DNA of 64,000 nucleotides. Origin: Eubacteriales bacterium. Lineage in GTDB: Bacteria; Bacillota; Clostridia; Oscillospirales; CAG-272. Location: NCBI GenBank assembly GCA_045652425.1, contig JAZRUG010000035.1, forward strand, positions 1,853-65,852, written 5' to 3'. Every line of letters starts with the position of its first letter. The stretch's first letter is position 1. The notes under the pieces are model-generated. The model had not been told where the DNA came from. It did not search any database and was given only the letters and a program-made list of their open reading frames with translations. Both the position numbers and the translations under genes were made by a program. Positions 47,501 through 57,748 of the stretch are shown here, in pieces.

Positions 47501-48166
47501 GTCGTAAAATTCAAGATATCTCTTTGCTTTTTCTGCTTCTTTCTCGAGAGGTCCTATTCTGCCTTCAAGCTCGTACTTGATGTCGTTAAGGCGTACTAAA
47601 TTGTCATTGGTCGAAGCGAGTTTGCGTTCTGCTTCGTTCTTCTTGTAACGGTATTTTGAAATACCTGCAGCCTCTTCGAAAATGTTTCTTCTTTCATCGC
47701 TCTTTTGAGATATTATTTCAGCCGCTTTACCCTGGCTGACTATGGAATATCCCGTCTTACCTACACCGGTGTTCATAAACATCTCGTGAATGTCTTTGAG
47801 TCTGGCGGGACGGCGGTTTATCATATATTCACTTTCGCCCGAACGGTAGTATCTTCTCGTAACTTCGACTTCGTCATAATCAATATCAATTCTGTTTCCG
47901 TCGCCCGTATTGTCTATAAGCAGAGAAACCTCAGCATAGCTCATAGGACTGCGCGAGGCCGAACCGCCGAATATAACGTCTTCCATCTTTGTTCCGCGTA
48001 TGTTTTTGCTGGAAAGTTCTCCGAGAACCCAACGCATAGCATCCGATATGTTTGATTTACCGCTTCCGTTAGGGCCTACTATGACAGTCATACCGTCATC
48101 GAAGTTTATAGTTGTCTTGTCCGGAAAAGACTTGAACCCGTGTAATTCAAGTGATTTTAATCGCAT
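44570..48166 (-). CDS. smc: Chromosome partition protein Smc
   Basis: Walker A GPNGSGKSN, long coiled coils with a hinge, LSGGEQ signature and Walker B FCIFDEIE. Start preferred at ATG 48166 (MRLKSLELHGFKSF); an upstream ATG at 48175 is also possible. Confidence 0.97.
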   Translation of the reverse strand: MRLKSLELHGFKSFPDKTTINFDDGMTVIVGPNGSGKSNISDAMRWVLGELSSKNIRGTKMEDVIFGGSASRSPMSYAEVSLLIDNTGDGNRIDIDYDEVEVTRRYYRSGESEYMINRRPARLKDIHEMFMNTGVGKTGYSIVSQGKAAEIISQKSDERRNIFEEAAGISKYRYKKNEAERKLASTNDNLVRLNDIKYELEGRIGPLEKEAEKAKRYLEFYDKKKNADIALWLYDTKELREKLNKAENDYVLSGKELEIADETIQSLENQNERLFQASQENKIKTEKNSNELQFANDKRYSLESNLKVLKNDIEHIGQLKLQAENELTLRTEEKNNTEKSLEEAKVKLEELKNALTRSEEERTSADEMLEKGLLELVELENKLEQAEAIIRLKEDEVVAKQIELSSLSGSRKSEDERCESLKIEIAELKEAMALLEDRASKAEKTVLGYKQKADEAKENADEAEAAIQSLETKTKELNDKLNSLYIDMASKKQRAEALARMEEHFEGYANSVRFVMNESTKGTLGGVYGPVSKLINVNRQYTVAIETALGGNLQNIVVKDEDSAKKAIALLKERNAGRATFYPLTSIQVQKLNVDIKTISSMKGYIGVASELTDCEDKFRIVSEFLLGRTVVFDTIDNASTAAKQLNYKVRLVTLDGQLINAGGSYTGGSSKKDSGMLTRVSEIERLKKDCEKLAKDAEAVNNEIEGVNKEKEALIRKRDSHIGNSSLLNSLLNAENTQYEVLKSQLSADEKNLSELSGELDRLERADDFYREKKQKIDEELKEINALIEAGKNTQNIIKNDIAAKNTEIETLRERNSNSVIRLTEDRKDMENLQKNVESTEALYVSLIERISLGKNELESLENKKTVAETKITTTEESLSEVLNTISALEKEKGDYTEKNDEYEKKINDLRVKIKEKTNDRELVFRSYTKLEGLCQQLKNDLDKSSERIWEEYELTYSAAAELPLPEVTNENRSELSKQLAEYKGKLKGLGHVNVSAIDEYKEVKERYDFMHTQITDLENAEKQLTDIIVKLEAEMRDKFSQTMKDVNMHFKTVFRELFGGGTAELILTNPDDVLTSGIDINVAPPGKIIKNLVSLSGGEQAFVAIALFFAILKVNPTPFCIFDEIESALDEVNVVRFAEYARKYSDATQFIMITHRRGTMESADTLYGVTMYEKGISKVLAVNVRDIEDKLGVKLE

Positions 48167-48217
48167 TTTCGTCATTAGCCCCCTTTCGGTATTTTTTTCT
48201 AAATTATCCTAAAATAA

Positions 48218-49228
48218 TCATAATATGTCTAATATAACATTATAACCCTTTATATCATTTTTTTCAACAATTTTCAGAGATTTTATATTATAATTTTTTG
48301 TTAACTTTATTTTGTTCGTTTTTTTCTGACCGACCACTTTTGAAGTGCAGCCTTTTGCGCAGTAAATCACAAGGTCTTTTCCGTCTGCTTCCTTGTTTTC
48401 AAGTTGTTCGCATATTCTTTTGTAATACACGTGATTTTCGGCTAATTCACCTATTGCTGGGTGGTAATCTCCGCCATATACAACATCGGGGTCATACAGC
48501 TCGTCGCCCGACTGCAGACCTATTCTTATTACAGGCTTTTTCGCACTGTCAAACACAAGCAAAACTTCGCCCGTTCTTTCTATCGTGTCTTCAAGTTTTA
48601 GCGGTATATATTCGCCTCGTTTCGCCATATTGCAAAGCTCGGTTTCCCTTAAAACAACGGTAGGGTAAACCCTTGCTCCGTCGCATAAATTTGCTATTGT
48701 TTCTGCGGTGTTTATTTCTTTTTCGAGGGTTGAACCGGGTAGTCCTATCATCATTTGACCTATCAAATTAAAGCCGTATTTTTTTATCAGTTTACAAGCG
48801 TTTATTGCCTGTTCGGCTGTGTGTCCGCGCTTGGTAAGCTTTAACACCTTTTCGTCCATTGACTGCAGACCGAGTTCAATATTTTTTACCTTGTAGGACT
48901 GCAAAATATCAAGTATTTCTTCGTCAATATAGTCGGGGCGAGTAGACAGTCTTATAGAAGAAACGAGCCCCATTTTGATATACTTGTAAGCAGTTTCAAG
49001 AAGGTATATCATATCGTTTCTGTCGATGCCCGTAAAGCTTCCGCCGAAGAATGCTATCTCGGTTTCGTGAGTTTCTGTATCAACGGTTGACAGAGCGTTT
49101 TTTATAATACTGTCAACGTCATTTTTATTAAAAGAAGACGTGCCCGAAATGCGTTTCTGGTTACAGAAAACACAGTCATTCGGGCAACCTAAATGCGGTA
49201 TAAATACCGGTATGTTTACGTGTTTCAA
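48218..49228 (-). CDS. Radical SAM protein (Elp3-like family commonly found between rnc and smc)
   Basis: CPNDCVFC (CxxxCxxC) near the N-terminus. Start preferred at TTG 49228, 7 nt after GGAG; the track's start at 49273 is also a TTG but has no RBS. Confidence 0.85.
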   Translation of the reverse strand: MKHVNIPVFIPHLGCPNDCVFCNQKRISGTSSFNKNDVDSIIKNALSTVDTETHETEIAFFGGSFTGIDRNDMIYLLETAYKYIKMGLVSSIRLSTRPDYIDEEILDILQSYKVKNIELGLQSMDEKVLKLTKRGHTAEQAINACKLIKKYGFNLIGQMMIGLPGSTLEKEINTAETIANLCDGARVYPTVVLRETELCNMAKRGEYIPLKLEDTIERTGEVLLVFDSAKKPVIRIGLQSGDELYDPDVVYGGDYHPAIGELAENHVYYKRICEQLENKEADGKDLVIYCAKGCTSKVVGQKKTNKIKLTKNYNIKSLKIVEKNDIKGYNVILDIL

Positions 49229-49288
49229 TGTTTTTCTCCGACGTGTTTTTTTCTTTGGATAAGTTGGGGTCAAGCTGCTCGTTTTCTC

Positions 49289-49507
49289 GGGACGTCGAGG
49301 CGCCGTCCCCTACCGGTTTGTGCGTGATATGTGGTTTCTGCAAGTTTTATATCACTTAATTAAAGAGCATAAACCGGAAAGGCAAAGTTTTGGAAGGTGC
49401 GGAAACTTTTTTCAAAAAGTTTCCGCGTTATCCTATGCTTGTCCAAACAAAGCAAGTGCTTCTTTTGGGGCAAACTGTTATTATTTTTGGAAAAAATAAT
49501 AACTAAC
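49289..49507. repeat. Repeat modules plus a duplicated rnc 3' end, between rnc and the radical SAM gene
   Basis: GGGACG..CGTCCC hairpin 49289-49309; GGTTTGTGCG 49315-49324 (also at 35571-35580); GTGATAT..ATATCAC 49323-49354; GGCAAAGTTTTGG 49381-49393; GCGGAAAC-T6CA5-GTTTCCGC 49399-49426; a copy of the last rnc codons at 49434-49465; GTTATTATTTTT-GG-AAAAAATAATAAC hairpin 49477-49502. Confidence 0.7.
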
Positions 49508-50233
49508 TTATGTTTGACCAAACAAAGCAAGTGCTTCTTTCGCCGCCATCTGTTCTGATTCGCGTTTGCTTCTGCCTATACCTTTTCCAATAACGTTGTT
49601 ATTCAAATAAGCTTCGGTTTCAAACACTCTTTCGTGGGCGGGGCCGCTTTCGCTTACGAGTCTGTATTCAAGTACGTCCCCCTGCTCCTGCTGTATAAAC
49701 TGCTGGAGCATAGATTTATAGTCTTTTGTGTTTCCTCTTGCTATAATCTGTTTTATCTCTTCGGTGGCAAAGGGGAGGAGAAATTCTTTAACGGGGGCTA
49801 TTCCGCCGTCAATAAACATCGCTGCTAATACTGCTTCAAATGCATCTGCAAGTATTGACGGTCTTTCTCGTCCATGTGTTATCTCTTCGCCGTGGCCAAG
49901 AAAAAGATATTTACCGAGTTCTATTTCACGGGCAAATTTCGCAAGTGCTTTTTCGCACACCGTACCTGCTCTGACCTTTGAAAGTTCGCCTTCGGGCAGG
50001 TCGGGATAGTTTGTATAAAGATATTCACTTACGGTCAAAGACAAAACCGAGTCGCCGAAAAATTCAAGCCTTTCGTTACATTCTGCCTTTATATTTTTGG
50101 ATTTAAGCTCATTTGCGAATGACGAGTGGGACAGCGCCTTTATCAAAAGGGGCTTATCCTTGAAAGTGTAATGTAACTTTCCTTCAAGTCCTTTTATTAT
50201 TTCAATAAGCTCATTAATATCATTTACGTTCAT
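49508..50233 (-). CDS. rnc: Ribonuclease III
   Basis: 241-aa ORF with the signature NERLEFFGDSVL and a C-terminal dsRBD. Confidence 0.96.
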   Translation of the reverse strand: MNVNDINELIEIIKGLEGKLHYTFKDKPLLIKALSHSSFANELKSKNIKAECNERLEFFGDSVLSLTVSEYLYTNYPDLPEGELSKVRAGTVCEKALAKFAREIELGKYLFLGHGEEITHGRERPSILADAFEAVLAAMFIDGGIAPVKEFLLPFATEEIKQIIARGNTKDYKSMLQQFIQQEQGDVLEYRLVSESGPAHERVFETEAYLNNNVIGKGIGRSKRESEQMAAKEALALFGQT

Positions 50234-51261
50234 TTATCTTCGCCTGTCTTTTCGGTTTCTTTCTTTGGTGTTTTTATTGTAAGCTGTGATGATTGACGCG
50301 CTATTTCAACTATTATTCCGGTGTTTACGTAATATATAGCTTGTTTAATCGCGTTCTTTACCGCCTTTGCATCAGACGAGCCGTGCGCTTTGATAACCGG
50401 CTTTGATATGCCGAGAAGGGGAGCGCCGCCGTATTCGGAAGCGTCAAATTTCTTCTTGAACGCCTTTAAAGCCGTTGTAAGAATCAATGCCGAAGCCTTG
50501 CTTACAATATTTGCCGTGAAGAGCGACTTTAGCTGGTCAATCATAAATTTGCCAAAACCTTCGGTGAGTTTTAATACAACGTTACCCGTAAAGCCGTCGG
50601 TAACTACTACGTCCGCCTTGGCAAAGGGAATATCTCTGCCTTCAATATTACCTATAAAGTTCATATCGGAGTCGGTCAACTTTTGATAAGTTTCTCTGTG
50701 AAGGTCTGTTCCTTTGGTAGCTTCAGCACCGTTGTTAAGAAGACCTACCGTGGGATTCTTTATTCCGTGCAAGCGTTCCATATATATTGAGCCCATTCTT
50801 GCAAACTGCTCTAAATTTTCGGGAGTTACGTTTATATTAGCGCCCGAGTCCACAAGCAAAACGGGTTTTGCAAGGGGGAGAATAGTACCTATTGCAGCTC
50901 TGAGTCCTCTTATTCTTCTTACGATAAAAGTAGCGCCTGCAAGAAGTGCGCCGGTATTTCCTGCGCTTACAAATGCATCGCCTTTACCTTCTGCAAGAAG
51001 CTTTAAACCATCGTGCATAGATGAGTTGTTCTTTTCTTTAACAACGCTCATAGGTGAGTCTTCCATAGTTATATAGTGGGGCACGTCAACTATCTCGATA
51101 CGGTCAGTCGGGAGTTTCGTCTTTTCAAATGCCGCATATATATCTAATGCATCGCCGACAAGTGTTATATCACAGCCGTATTCTTTTGCCGCCATCAAGG
51201 CGCCCTCCACAAATACTTCAGGGGAGTTGTCGGCGCCCATTATATCAACGATAATTCTCAT
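50230..51261 (-). CDS. plsX: Phosphate acyltransferase PlsX
   Basis: 343-aa ORF, MRIIVDIMGADNSPE...; overlaps the rnc start by 4 nt. Confidence 0.95.
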   Translation of the reverse strand: MRIIVDIMGADNSPEVFVEGALMAAKEYGCDITLVGDALDIYAAFEKTKLPTDRIEIVDVPHYITMEDSPMSVVKEKNNSSMHDGLKLLAEGKGDAFVSAGNTGALLAGATFIVRRIRGLRAAIGTILPLAKPVLLVDSGANINVTPENLEQFARMGSIYMERLHGIKNPTVGLLNNGAEATKGTDLHRETYQKLTDSDMNFIGNIEGRDIPFAKADVVVTDGFTGNVVLKLTEGFGKFMIDQLKSLFTANIVSKASALILTTALKAFKKKFDASEYGGAPLLGISKPVIKAHGSSDAKAVKNAIKQAIYYVNTGIIVEIARQSSQLTIKTPKKETEKTGEDK

Positions 51262-51289
51262 ATATTTTCTCCTATATAATTTTAGGGGA

Positions 51290-52618
51290 TTATATCTTAT
51301 CTTTTATAGTGTTTATAAATTCTAAAGAACGGTTTGCCAATGCTTCGTTTCTGAAACGCTTGCCGCCCTTTACTTTTGTTTCAAGGTTTGCAACAAGTCC
51401 GAAATTCGCGTTCATAGGCTGAAAATTCACAACATTTTGGTCGCTTATGTAGTGCGCCAAAGCGCCTATTGCGGTAGTGTTGGGAAAGTCTATAAGTTCT
51501 TCGCCCTTTGCAAGTCTTGCTGCATTTACACCTGCCACAAAACCGCTTGATGTCGATTCAACGTAACCCTCAACTCCCGTCATCTGTCCTGCAAAAAATA
51601 CGTTCGGTTTTGTTCTCATTGAATAAAAACAGTCTAAACAAGCAGGAGAATTAATAAACGTATTTCTGTGCATAACGCCGTAACGCAAAAAGGTTGCATT
51701 CTCAAGTCCCGGAATCAAGGAAAATACTCTCTTTTGTTCTCCAAAGGTTAAATGAGTCTGAAATCCAACCAGGTTATACATAGTTTTTTCGGCATTTTCC
51801 TGACGAAGCTGAATAACGGCGTAAGGTTCCTTACCGGTTTTGGGATCGGGGAGTCCTACAGGCTTCAACGGTCCGTAACGGAGTGTATCATAGCCTCTTC
51901 TTGCCATTACTTCAACAGGCATACACCCTTCAAAAACGTTAGGATTCTTCTGTGAATCGGAATCAAATTCTTTTAAGTGAGCTTCTTCTGCGTTAATAAG
52001 CTCGTTGTAAAATAAGTCGTATTCCTCTTTCGTCATAGGACAGTTAAGGTAAGATGCTTCACCCTTACCGTAACGTGATGCCGCGTATATCTTGTTCATA
52101 TCAAGAGTAGAGTATTCAACTATAGGCGCTGATGCGTCAAAGAAAGATAAATGACTCTTGCCGAGATAGTCTTCGAGATATTCGGAAAAAGCGTCGGAGG
52201 TTAAAGGACCTGTGGCAACTACCGTTATCTCGTCCGCGGGAATTGAAGTTACTTCTTCTTCAATAAGGTTAATAAGAGGATTTTCTTTTATCGCTTTTGT
52301 GATATATTCGGAAAATTTATGTCTGTCTACAGCCAATGCCGAGCCTGCTTCAACCTGTGTAGCATAAGCCGCTTTCATTATAAGTGAATCCATAAGGTTC
52401 AGTTCTTCTTTAAGCAAACCTACGGCGTTAGTCAAAACATTGCTTCGGAGTGAGTTTGAGCATACAAGTTCAGCTAAATTATCCGACGTGTGCGCGGGAG
52501 TCTTTTTCTTGGGCTTCATCTCGTAAAGGTCAACTTTTACACCGCGTTTAGCTGCCTGATATGCCGCTTCGCAGCCTGCAAGCCCCGCGCCGAATATATT
52601 TATTTTATCAGTCTTCAT
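51290..52618 (-). CDS. trmFO: Methylenetetrahydrofolate--tRNA-(uracil-5-)-methyltransferase TrmFO (Gid)
   Basis: 442-aa ORF with the FAD motif [14 protein letters not shown]. Conserved position after topA. Confidence 0.95.
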   Translation of the reverse strand: MKTDKINIFGAGLAGCEAAYQAAKRGVKVDLYEMKPKKKTPAHTSDNLAELVCSNSLRSNVLTNAVGLLKEELNLMDSLIMKAAYATQVEAGSALAVDRHKFSEYITKAIKENPLINLIEEEVTSIPADEITVVATGPLTSDAFSEYLEDYLGKSHLSFFDASAPIVEYSTLDMNKIYAASRYGKGEASYLNCPMTKEEYDLFYNELINAEEAHLKEFDSDSQKNPNVFEGCMPVEVMARRGYDTLRYGPLKPVGLPDPKTGKEPYAVIQLRQENAEKTMYNLVGFQTHLTFGEQKRVFSLIPGLENATFLRYGVMHRNTFINSPACLDCFYSMRTKPNVFFAGQMTGVEGYVESTSSGFVAGVNAARLAKGEELIDFPNTTAIGALAHYISDQNVVNFQPMNANFGLVANLETKVKGGKRFRNEALANRSLEFINTIKDKI

Positions 52619-54890
52619 TTTTTGCCTTTTTTTCTTCTTCGCGGCTGTATCCGCACTTTTCGTTTCTGCAATATACTAACTTCTTGCGTTTTTTCATAAG
52701 AAGGGCATCTCCGCATTGCGGACACTTCTCGCCCGTCGGCATATCCCATGACGAGAAATTACATTCGGGATACTTTTCGCAACTGTAGAAAGTAATGTGC
52801 TTCTTTCCGCCTTGCTTCGTTACAATCTTTGAGCCGCAGATGGGGCAGGCTATACCAATATCCTTGGTTATCTGCTTTGTGTTACGGCACTTCGGATAAG
52901 CCGAACATGCGTAGAAAGAACCGAATTTTCCCGAACGGATAACCATTTCAGAACCGCATTTTTCGCATATCATACCGGTTGATTCTGCTTCTTTCTTCTC
53001 TTTTTCTTTCTTGGGTTCTTTGGGCTTTCCGTCCTTGTCAAGAGGTTTTGTGTTCTTACATTCGGGATAGTTGGGACATGCGGCAAATTTGCCGTATCTG
53101 CCGTTCTTTACTATCATCTTCACACCGCAGTGTTCACAAATTATATCAGTTTCTTCGGGCGGAATGTCTATTTCGCCGTTCTTTGCCGCTTCTTCTGCCT
53201 TTGCAAGACTTACCTTAAAGCCTTCGTAAAATTCGGAAAGAATGTGGAGCATATCGTCGTTACCGTTTTCAACGGCGTCGAGCTTATCTTCCATTTGTGC
53301 TGTGAAAGTATAGTCAATAATCTCGGGGAAGTTTTCCATTATAAGTTTGGTCGTCATTTCTCCAAGATAAGTCGGTTTAAGTGATTTGCCCTCGCGGGTT
53401 ACGTAGTCTCTTGCTATTATCGTCGTGATAATAGGTGTGTAGGTAGATGGTCTGCCTATACCTTTTTCTTCAAGTTGTTTCACAAGGGATGCTTCCGTAT
53501 ATCTGGGGGAGGGTTCTGTAAAATGCTGTTCGTGTAAAAGTTCTTTACAGTTAACCTTTTCGCCTTCGTTTATTTCAATGGGACTTGCTTGTTTTTCGGT
53601 ATCTGCAAATTCGCCGTAATCTCCGGGATCGTATACTGACAAAAAGCCGGGGAACTTTACGTTGTAGCCACTTGAATGGAAAATATATCCGTTTGATTCT
53701 ATTTCTGCGTTAACAGTGTTAAGCTGGGCTGATGCCATCTGTGATGCCAAAAATCTGTCCCAAATGAGTTTGTAGAGCTTATATTGGTCTGTAGAAAGAT
53801 ATTTCTTTATGTTTTCGGGTTCAAAATCAAGGGATGCGGGACGGATAGCTTCGTGCGCGTCTTGTGCCGTTGATTTTGATTTATAAAATCTTTTCTGCGC
53901 AGGGTAATATTCTTCACCAAACTTGCTCTTTATATAATTTTCAGCACTTGCCGACGCTTCCTGCGATATACGGAGTGAGTCTGTACGCATATAGGTTATA
54001 AGACCGTGAACGCCGCCGTTTTCGCTGCCTATGTTTATACCTTCGTAAAGCTCCTGCGCTATCTGCATTATCTTCTGTGAACGGAAGTTGAGCTTTCTTG
54101 AAGCCTCCTGCTGAAGCGTAGAAGTTGTAAAAGGAGGCGCGGGGTTACGGTGTTTAACAGCCTTTTTTACTGAACTTACAATAAAGGGACCGTTCTTTAC
54201 AGCGTTATAAATCTTGTCTGCTTCTTCTTGGTTGTTAAGTTCCATCTTTCCGTTTTTGTCGCCGTAAAAGTTTGATTTGAACGTTTTTGCTTTTTCTGTC
54301 AAAAGCTGTGCTGTAATAGTCCAATATTCCGTGGGAACAAACGCTCTTATCTCTTCTTCACGCTCAACTATAAGACGTGTAGCAACGGACTGAACACGAC
54401 CTGCAGAAAGTCCGCTTTTGAGTGTCTTCCAAAGAAACGGACTTGCCTTGTAACCAACTATTCTGTCAAGAATTCGTCTTGTCTGCTGTGAGTTTACAAG
54501 GTTCATATTTATAGGCTGGGGATTCTTTATAGCCGCTTTTACGGCTGATTTTGTAATCTCATTAAATGAAATTCTCTTGGCTTTTGAAGGATCAATGCCG
54601 AGAGCTGTCGCAAGATGCCACGAAATTGCCTCACCTTCACGGTCAGGGTCAGTTGCGAGAAAAACTTTATTCGCGTTCTTCGCTTCTTTTTTCAGTTCTG
54701 TGATAAGAGGACCTTTTCCTCTTATATTTATATAATGAGCCTCGAAGTTGTTTTCAATATCAACGCCGAGAGTGCTTTTCGGAAGATCTCTTACGTGGCC
54801 TTTTGAAGCCGTTACCTTGTATCCGCTTCCGAGATAGCCTTTTATGGTATTCGCTTTTGCAGGGGACTCAACTATTACGAGATTTGACAT
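52608..54890 (-). CDS. topA: DNA topoisomerase I
   Basis: 760-aa ORF with [16 protein letters not shown], catalytic Tyr region ITYMRTDS, and three C-terminal Cys4 zinc ribbons. Confidence 0.97.
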   Translation of the reverse strand: MSNLVIVESPAKANTIKGYLGSGYKVTASKGHVRDLPKSTLGVDIENNFEAHYINIRGKGPLITELKKEAKNANKVFLATDPDREGEAISWHLATALGIDPSKAKRISFNEITKSAVKAAIKNPQPINMNLVNSQQTRRILDRIVGYKASPFLWKTLKSGLSAGRVQSVATRLIVEREEEIRAFVPTEYWTITAQLLTEKAKTFKSNFYGDKNGKMELNNQEEADKIYNAVKNGPFIVSSVKKAVKHRNPAPPFTTSTLQQEASRKLNFRSQKIMQIAQELYEGINIGSENGGVHGLITYMRTDSLRISQEASASAENYIKSKFGEEYYPAQKRFYKSKSTAQDAHEAIRPASLDFEPENIKKYLSTDQYKLYKLIWDRFLASQMASAQLNTVNAEIESNGYIFHSSGYNVKFPGFLSVYDPGDYGEFADTEKQASPIEINEGEKVNCKELLHEQHFTEPSPRYTEASLVKQLEEKGIGRPSTYTPIITTIIARDYVTREGKSLKPTYLGEMTTKLIMENFPEIIDYTFTAQMEDKLDAVENGNDDMLHILSEFYEGFKVSLAKAEEAAKNGEIDIPPEETDIICEHCGVKMIVKNGRYGKFAACPNYPECKNTKPLDKDGKPKEPKKEKEKKEAESTGMICEKCGSEMVIRSGKFGSFYACSAYPKCRNTKQITKDIGIACPICGSKIVTKQGGKKHITFYSCEKYPECNFSSWDMPTGEKCPQCGDALLMKKRKKLVYCRNEKCGYSREEEKKAKNED

Positions 54891-54928
54891 ATATACACCT
54901 CAAAAAATGGGATTAATTTTCATATTTT

Positions 54929-56173
54929 TTACCGTGCCAACAGAAATCCTCCGCCTGGCACAGCATTTACTATACCTTGAATTTCCAAAATTGTCAATGC
55001 TGACATCGTGTCCGATACCGAATAATTTGTAATGTTTACAATTTCTTCAAGGGTAATCGGTTGCGTTTTGGATAAACACATACATATATTTTTTTGTTCT
55101 TCGGGAAGGTTTTTAAGATATTCTTTCGCTTCTTCAATAATAGGTTCATTTTCGGCGACAGAAAGCTCTTGTTGAGCCGAATTTGTGGTTGCAGAACCGC
55201 TTTTTTGACCTTTTACTATCGAATTGGGGTTGTTGTTTAAAGATGCGTAGGGGTTCTTTTTCTGCTTTTTATTTGTCTTTGACATCTTTATTTTATCGGG
55301 GAATAAAAATTCGTATTCACGCAAAATGTCGTCGGCTGAACTTACCGATTTTGCGCCCGACCTGATAAGAAGATTCGGGCCCATACTGTTTAATTCGCCT
55401 ACTCTTCCCGGAACTGCAAACAAGTCTCTGTTTTGTTCTGCTGCCATTTGCGCCGTTATCATAGCTCCGCTTTTTTGTTGAGCTTCAATTATAAGCGTTC
55501 CCGAGGAAAGCCCGCTTATTATTCGGTTTCTCTGCGGGAAAGTGTAACGTGTAGCCGACGTTCCGGGGGAATATTCTGAAATAATCGTACTGTTTGCAGA
55601 AAGTCTGTTATATAAATCGGTATTTTCTTTCGGATAAATAATATCTATACCGCATCCCAATACCGCAACTGTTTTTCCTCCTGCATCAAGAGCAGCGCCG
55701 TGGCATATTGAATCTATACCTAATGCCATACCGCTTATAACGTACGCTCCGCTTAACGCGAGGTCAAACGCTATTTCATACGCGCATCGACAGCCGTAAG
55801 AAGAGGGATTTCTCGTTCCTACAGTTCCTATGCAAAGTTCTTTATCGAATTCGGGGAGTTTACCTCTATAATAAAGTAATGCCGGGGGATTCTTTATTGT
55901 TCGCAAACGAGTAGGGAAGAGTTCTTCAGAATATGGAAGAATACTTATATTGTTTTTCAAGCACTCGTTTAAAATCTCTTGCGCTCTGTTCGTTCTCTTG
56001 TCAAGTAGTGATTTTATTTTTGATTTTGGAAGCCCGTATATGTTCTTCAGTTCTTCTTCGGTGGATTCATATATTCTTTCAATAGAGCCGAAGTGGTGAT
56101 AGAGAATACTGAAAATAGGGGTGTTCGGCGTACACTTCTCACTTAGCCATACCCAATAAAGTAAATTATTCAT
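54929..56173 (-). CDS. dprA: DNA-processing protein DprA
   Basis: 414-aa ORF with a Rossmann-like core (VISGMALGIDS ... AVLGCGID) and a C-terminal winged-helix region after a Lys/Asn-rich linker. Confidence 0.92.
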   Translation of the reverse strand: MNNLLYWVWLSEKCTPNTPIFSILYHHFGSIERIYESTEEELKNIYGLPKSKIKSLLDKRTNRAQEILNECLKNNISILPYSEELFPTRLRTIKNPPALLYYRGKLPEFDKELCIGTVGTRNPSSYGCRCAYEIAFDLALSGAYVISGMALGIDSICHGAALDAGGKTVAVLGCGIDIIYPKENTDLYNRLSANSTIISEYSPGTSATRYTFPQRNRIISGLSSGTLIIEAQQKSGAMITAQMAAEQNRDLFAVPGRVGELNSMGPNLLIRSGAKSVSSADDILREYEFLFPDKIKMSKTNKKQKKNPYASLNNNPNSIVKGQKSGSATTNSAQQELSVAENEPIIEEAKEYLKNLPEEQKNICMCLSKTQPITLEEIVNITNYSVSDTMSALTILEIQGIVNAVPGGGFLLAR

Positions 56174-56179
56174 AGATTT

Positions 56180-56962
56180 TCACCTATATGCTTCCCAAAG
56201 TATAACCGATGCCGCCGACGAAACGTTGAGCGATTCCGCGTCCTTTTCCATAGGAATTATAACCGTTCCCGTGCAACTGTCTATTACCTCTTCGGAAAGT
56301 CCGTGTCCTTCATTTCCCATTACAAAGCAACAATTTTTTGGGTTCTTTACCGAGCTTAAAGGCAGAGCCTTTTCGGTGAGGGCTGTCGCATAAACTTCCT
56401 GACCTCTTTCGCTTATCTCTTTTATTGTCTTGCATAAGTCAGACGTTCTGTACGTTGTCGTTCTGAACATAGCACCCATAGATGCTCTTATTGTCTTTTG
56501 GTTATATATATCCGCGCAGTCGCTTGATAAAATAAGCGTCTTTTTGCCGAATGCCGCTGACGTTCTTGCAATCGTTCCTAAATTACCGGGATCTTGTATA
56601 GTCGAGAGAATAAGACAACTGTTTTTTAAATCTATCGTATCTGCTGACGTATATTCCTTGTGAAGATTGTCGAGATATTTTGCAGTACAAATAATGCCCT
56701 CGGGAGCGTTGTTTTCCGAAATCTTCGAGCAAACAGAGTCGCCTATAATAACGGCTTCTTTTCTGTCCGCTAAATCGGGGTATTTATCCGCGCACTTTTC
56801 TGTTAAGAAAATATGCGTAATTTCAACACCCTGCATTATCGCTTCTCTTGTTAACTTTATTCCTTCAAAAAGAAAGGTTCTCATTTTTTCACGGTATTTT
56901 CTATCTTTTAATTTTGCCGTTTCAACAATAAGACTGTTGTTTCGGCTTGTTATTATATCCAA
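56180..56962 (-). CDS. TrmH/SpoU family RNA 2'-O-methyltransferase
   Basis: 260-aa ORF with the SpoU C-terminal knot motifs (DPGNLGTIARTS, VMGNEGHGLS, IPMEKDAESLNVS). Confidence 0.85.
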   Translation of the reverse strand: MDIITSRNNSLIVETAKLKDRKYREKMRTFLFEGIKLTREAIMQGVEITHIFLTEKCADKYPDLADRKEAVIIGDSVCSKISENNAPEGIICTAKYLDNLHKEYTSADTIDLKNSCLILSTIQDPGNLGTIARTSAAFGKKTLILSSDCADIYNQKTIRASMGAMFRTTTYRTSDLCKTIKEISERGQEVYATALTEKALPLSSVKNPKNCCFVMGNEGHGLSEEVIDSCTGTVIIPMEKDAESLNVSSAASVILWEAYR

Positions 56963-57051
56963 AACAGTAACCTCCTTTTTTGAGAAAATAACATCTAATC
57001 TTGCTTTAATTGCTTTCTTTCGATAAAAAATAACATTGCCGATTGTAGCAC

Positions 57052-57077
57052 AAAAACCCGGGAGAATCCGGGTTTTT
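57052..57077 (-). terminator. Bidirectional intrinsic terminator after rplT
   Basis: AAAAA-CCCGG-GAGAAT-CCGGG-TTTTT. Confidence 0.8.
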
Positions 57078-57090
57078 GTAGTAATCGAAC

Positions 57091-57447
57091 TTATTTAAGT
57101 GCTTCTTTAGCTTTTTCTACGATTGCAGCAAATGCTTCCTTGTCGGATACTGCAATTTCAGCGAGCATCTTTCTGTTGAGATTGATGCCAGCCAACTTAA
57201 GACCATGCATAAGCTGTGAGTAGTTGATTCCGTTTACCTTTGCCTGTGCGGAAATTCTGGTGATCCAGAGTGCACGGAAATCTCTCTTCTTCTGCTTTCT
57301 GCCGATGTATGCATAGTTGCCACTCTTCATTACGGCCTGTTTAGCCATCTTGAAGTGTTTACTCTTTGCGCCCCAGTAACCTTTAGCGAGCTTGAGTATT
57401 TTATTTCTTCTCTTACGAGTCATCATAGCGCCTTTAACTCTTGCCAT
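57091..57447 (-). CDS. rplT: 50S ribosomal protein L20
   Basis: 118-aa [29 protein letters not shown]... Confidence 0.98.
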   Translation of the reverse strand: MARVKGAMMTRKRRNKILKLAKGYWGAKSKHFKMAKQAVMKSGNYAYIGRKQKKRDFRALWITRISAQAKVNGINYSQLMHGLKLAGINLNRKMLAEIAVSDKEAFAAIVEKAKEALK

Positions 57448-57481
57448 TGTTTTTTCCTCCTGTTTTCAATCAATTTATCAA

Positions 57482-57673
57482 TTATTTAATAAGTGTTCTA
57501 ACTGTCGGTGCCATAGATTCGCTGAGGTAACCTGCTTTTCTGAGGCTTCTCTTACGCTTTGCGTTCTTAAGACCGAGGTTATGACGGTGATGCGAATGGT
57601 TAATCTTTACCTTGCCGCTCTTTGTGAGAGTAAATCTCTTGGCAGAGGCGCTGTGTGTTTTCATTTTTCCCAT
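57482..57673 (-). CDS. rpmI: 50S ribosomal protein L35
   Basis: 63-aa ORF, MGKMKTHSASAKRFTLTKSGKVK... Confidence 0.95.
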   Translation of the reverse strand: MGKMKTHSASAKRFTLTKSGKVKINHSHHRHNLGLKNAKRKRSLRKAGYLSESMAPTVRTLIK

Positions 57674-57748
57674 AGTAATGGACTCCTTTCGTATTTTATG
57701 CGGTATTCCGTATTTTTCGGTATCGCAATACTTTACTTGTTTGTTTTT

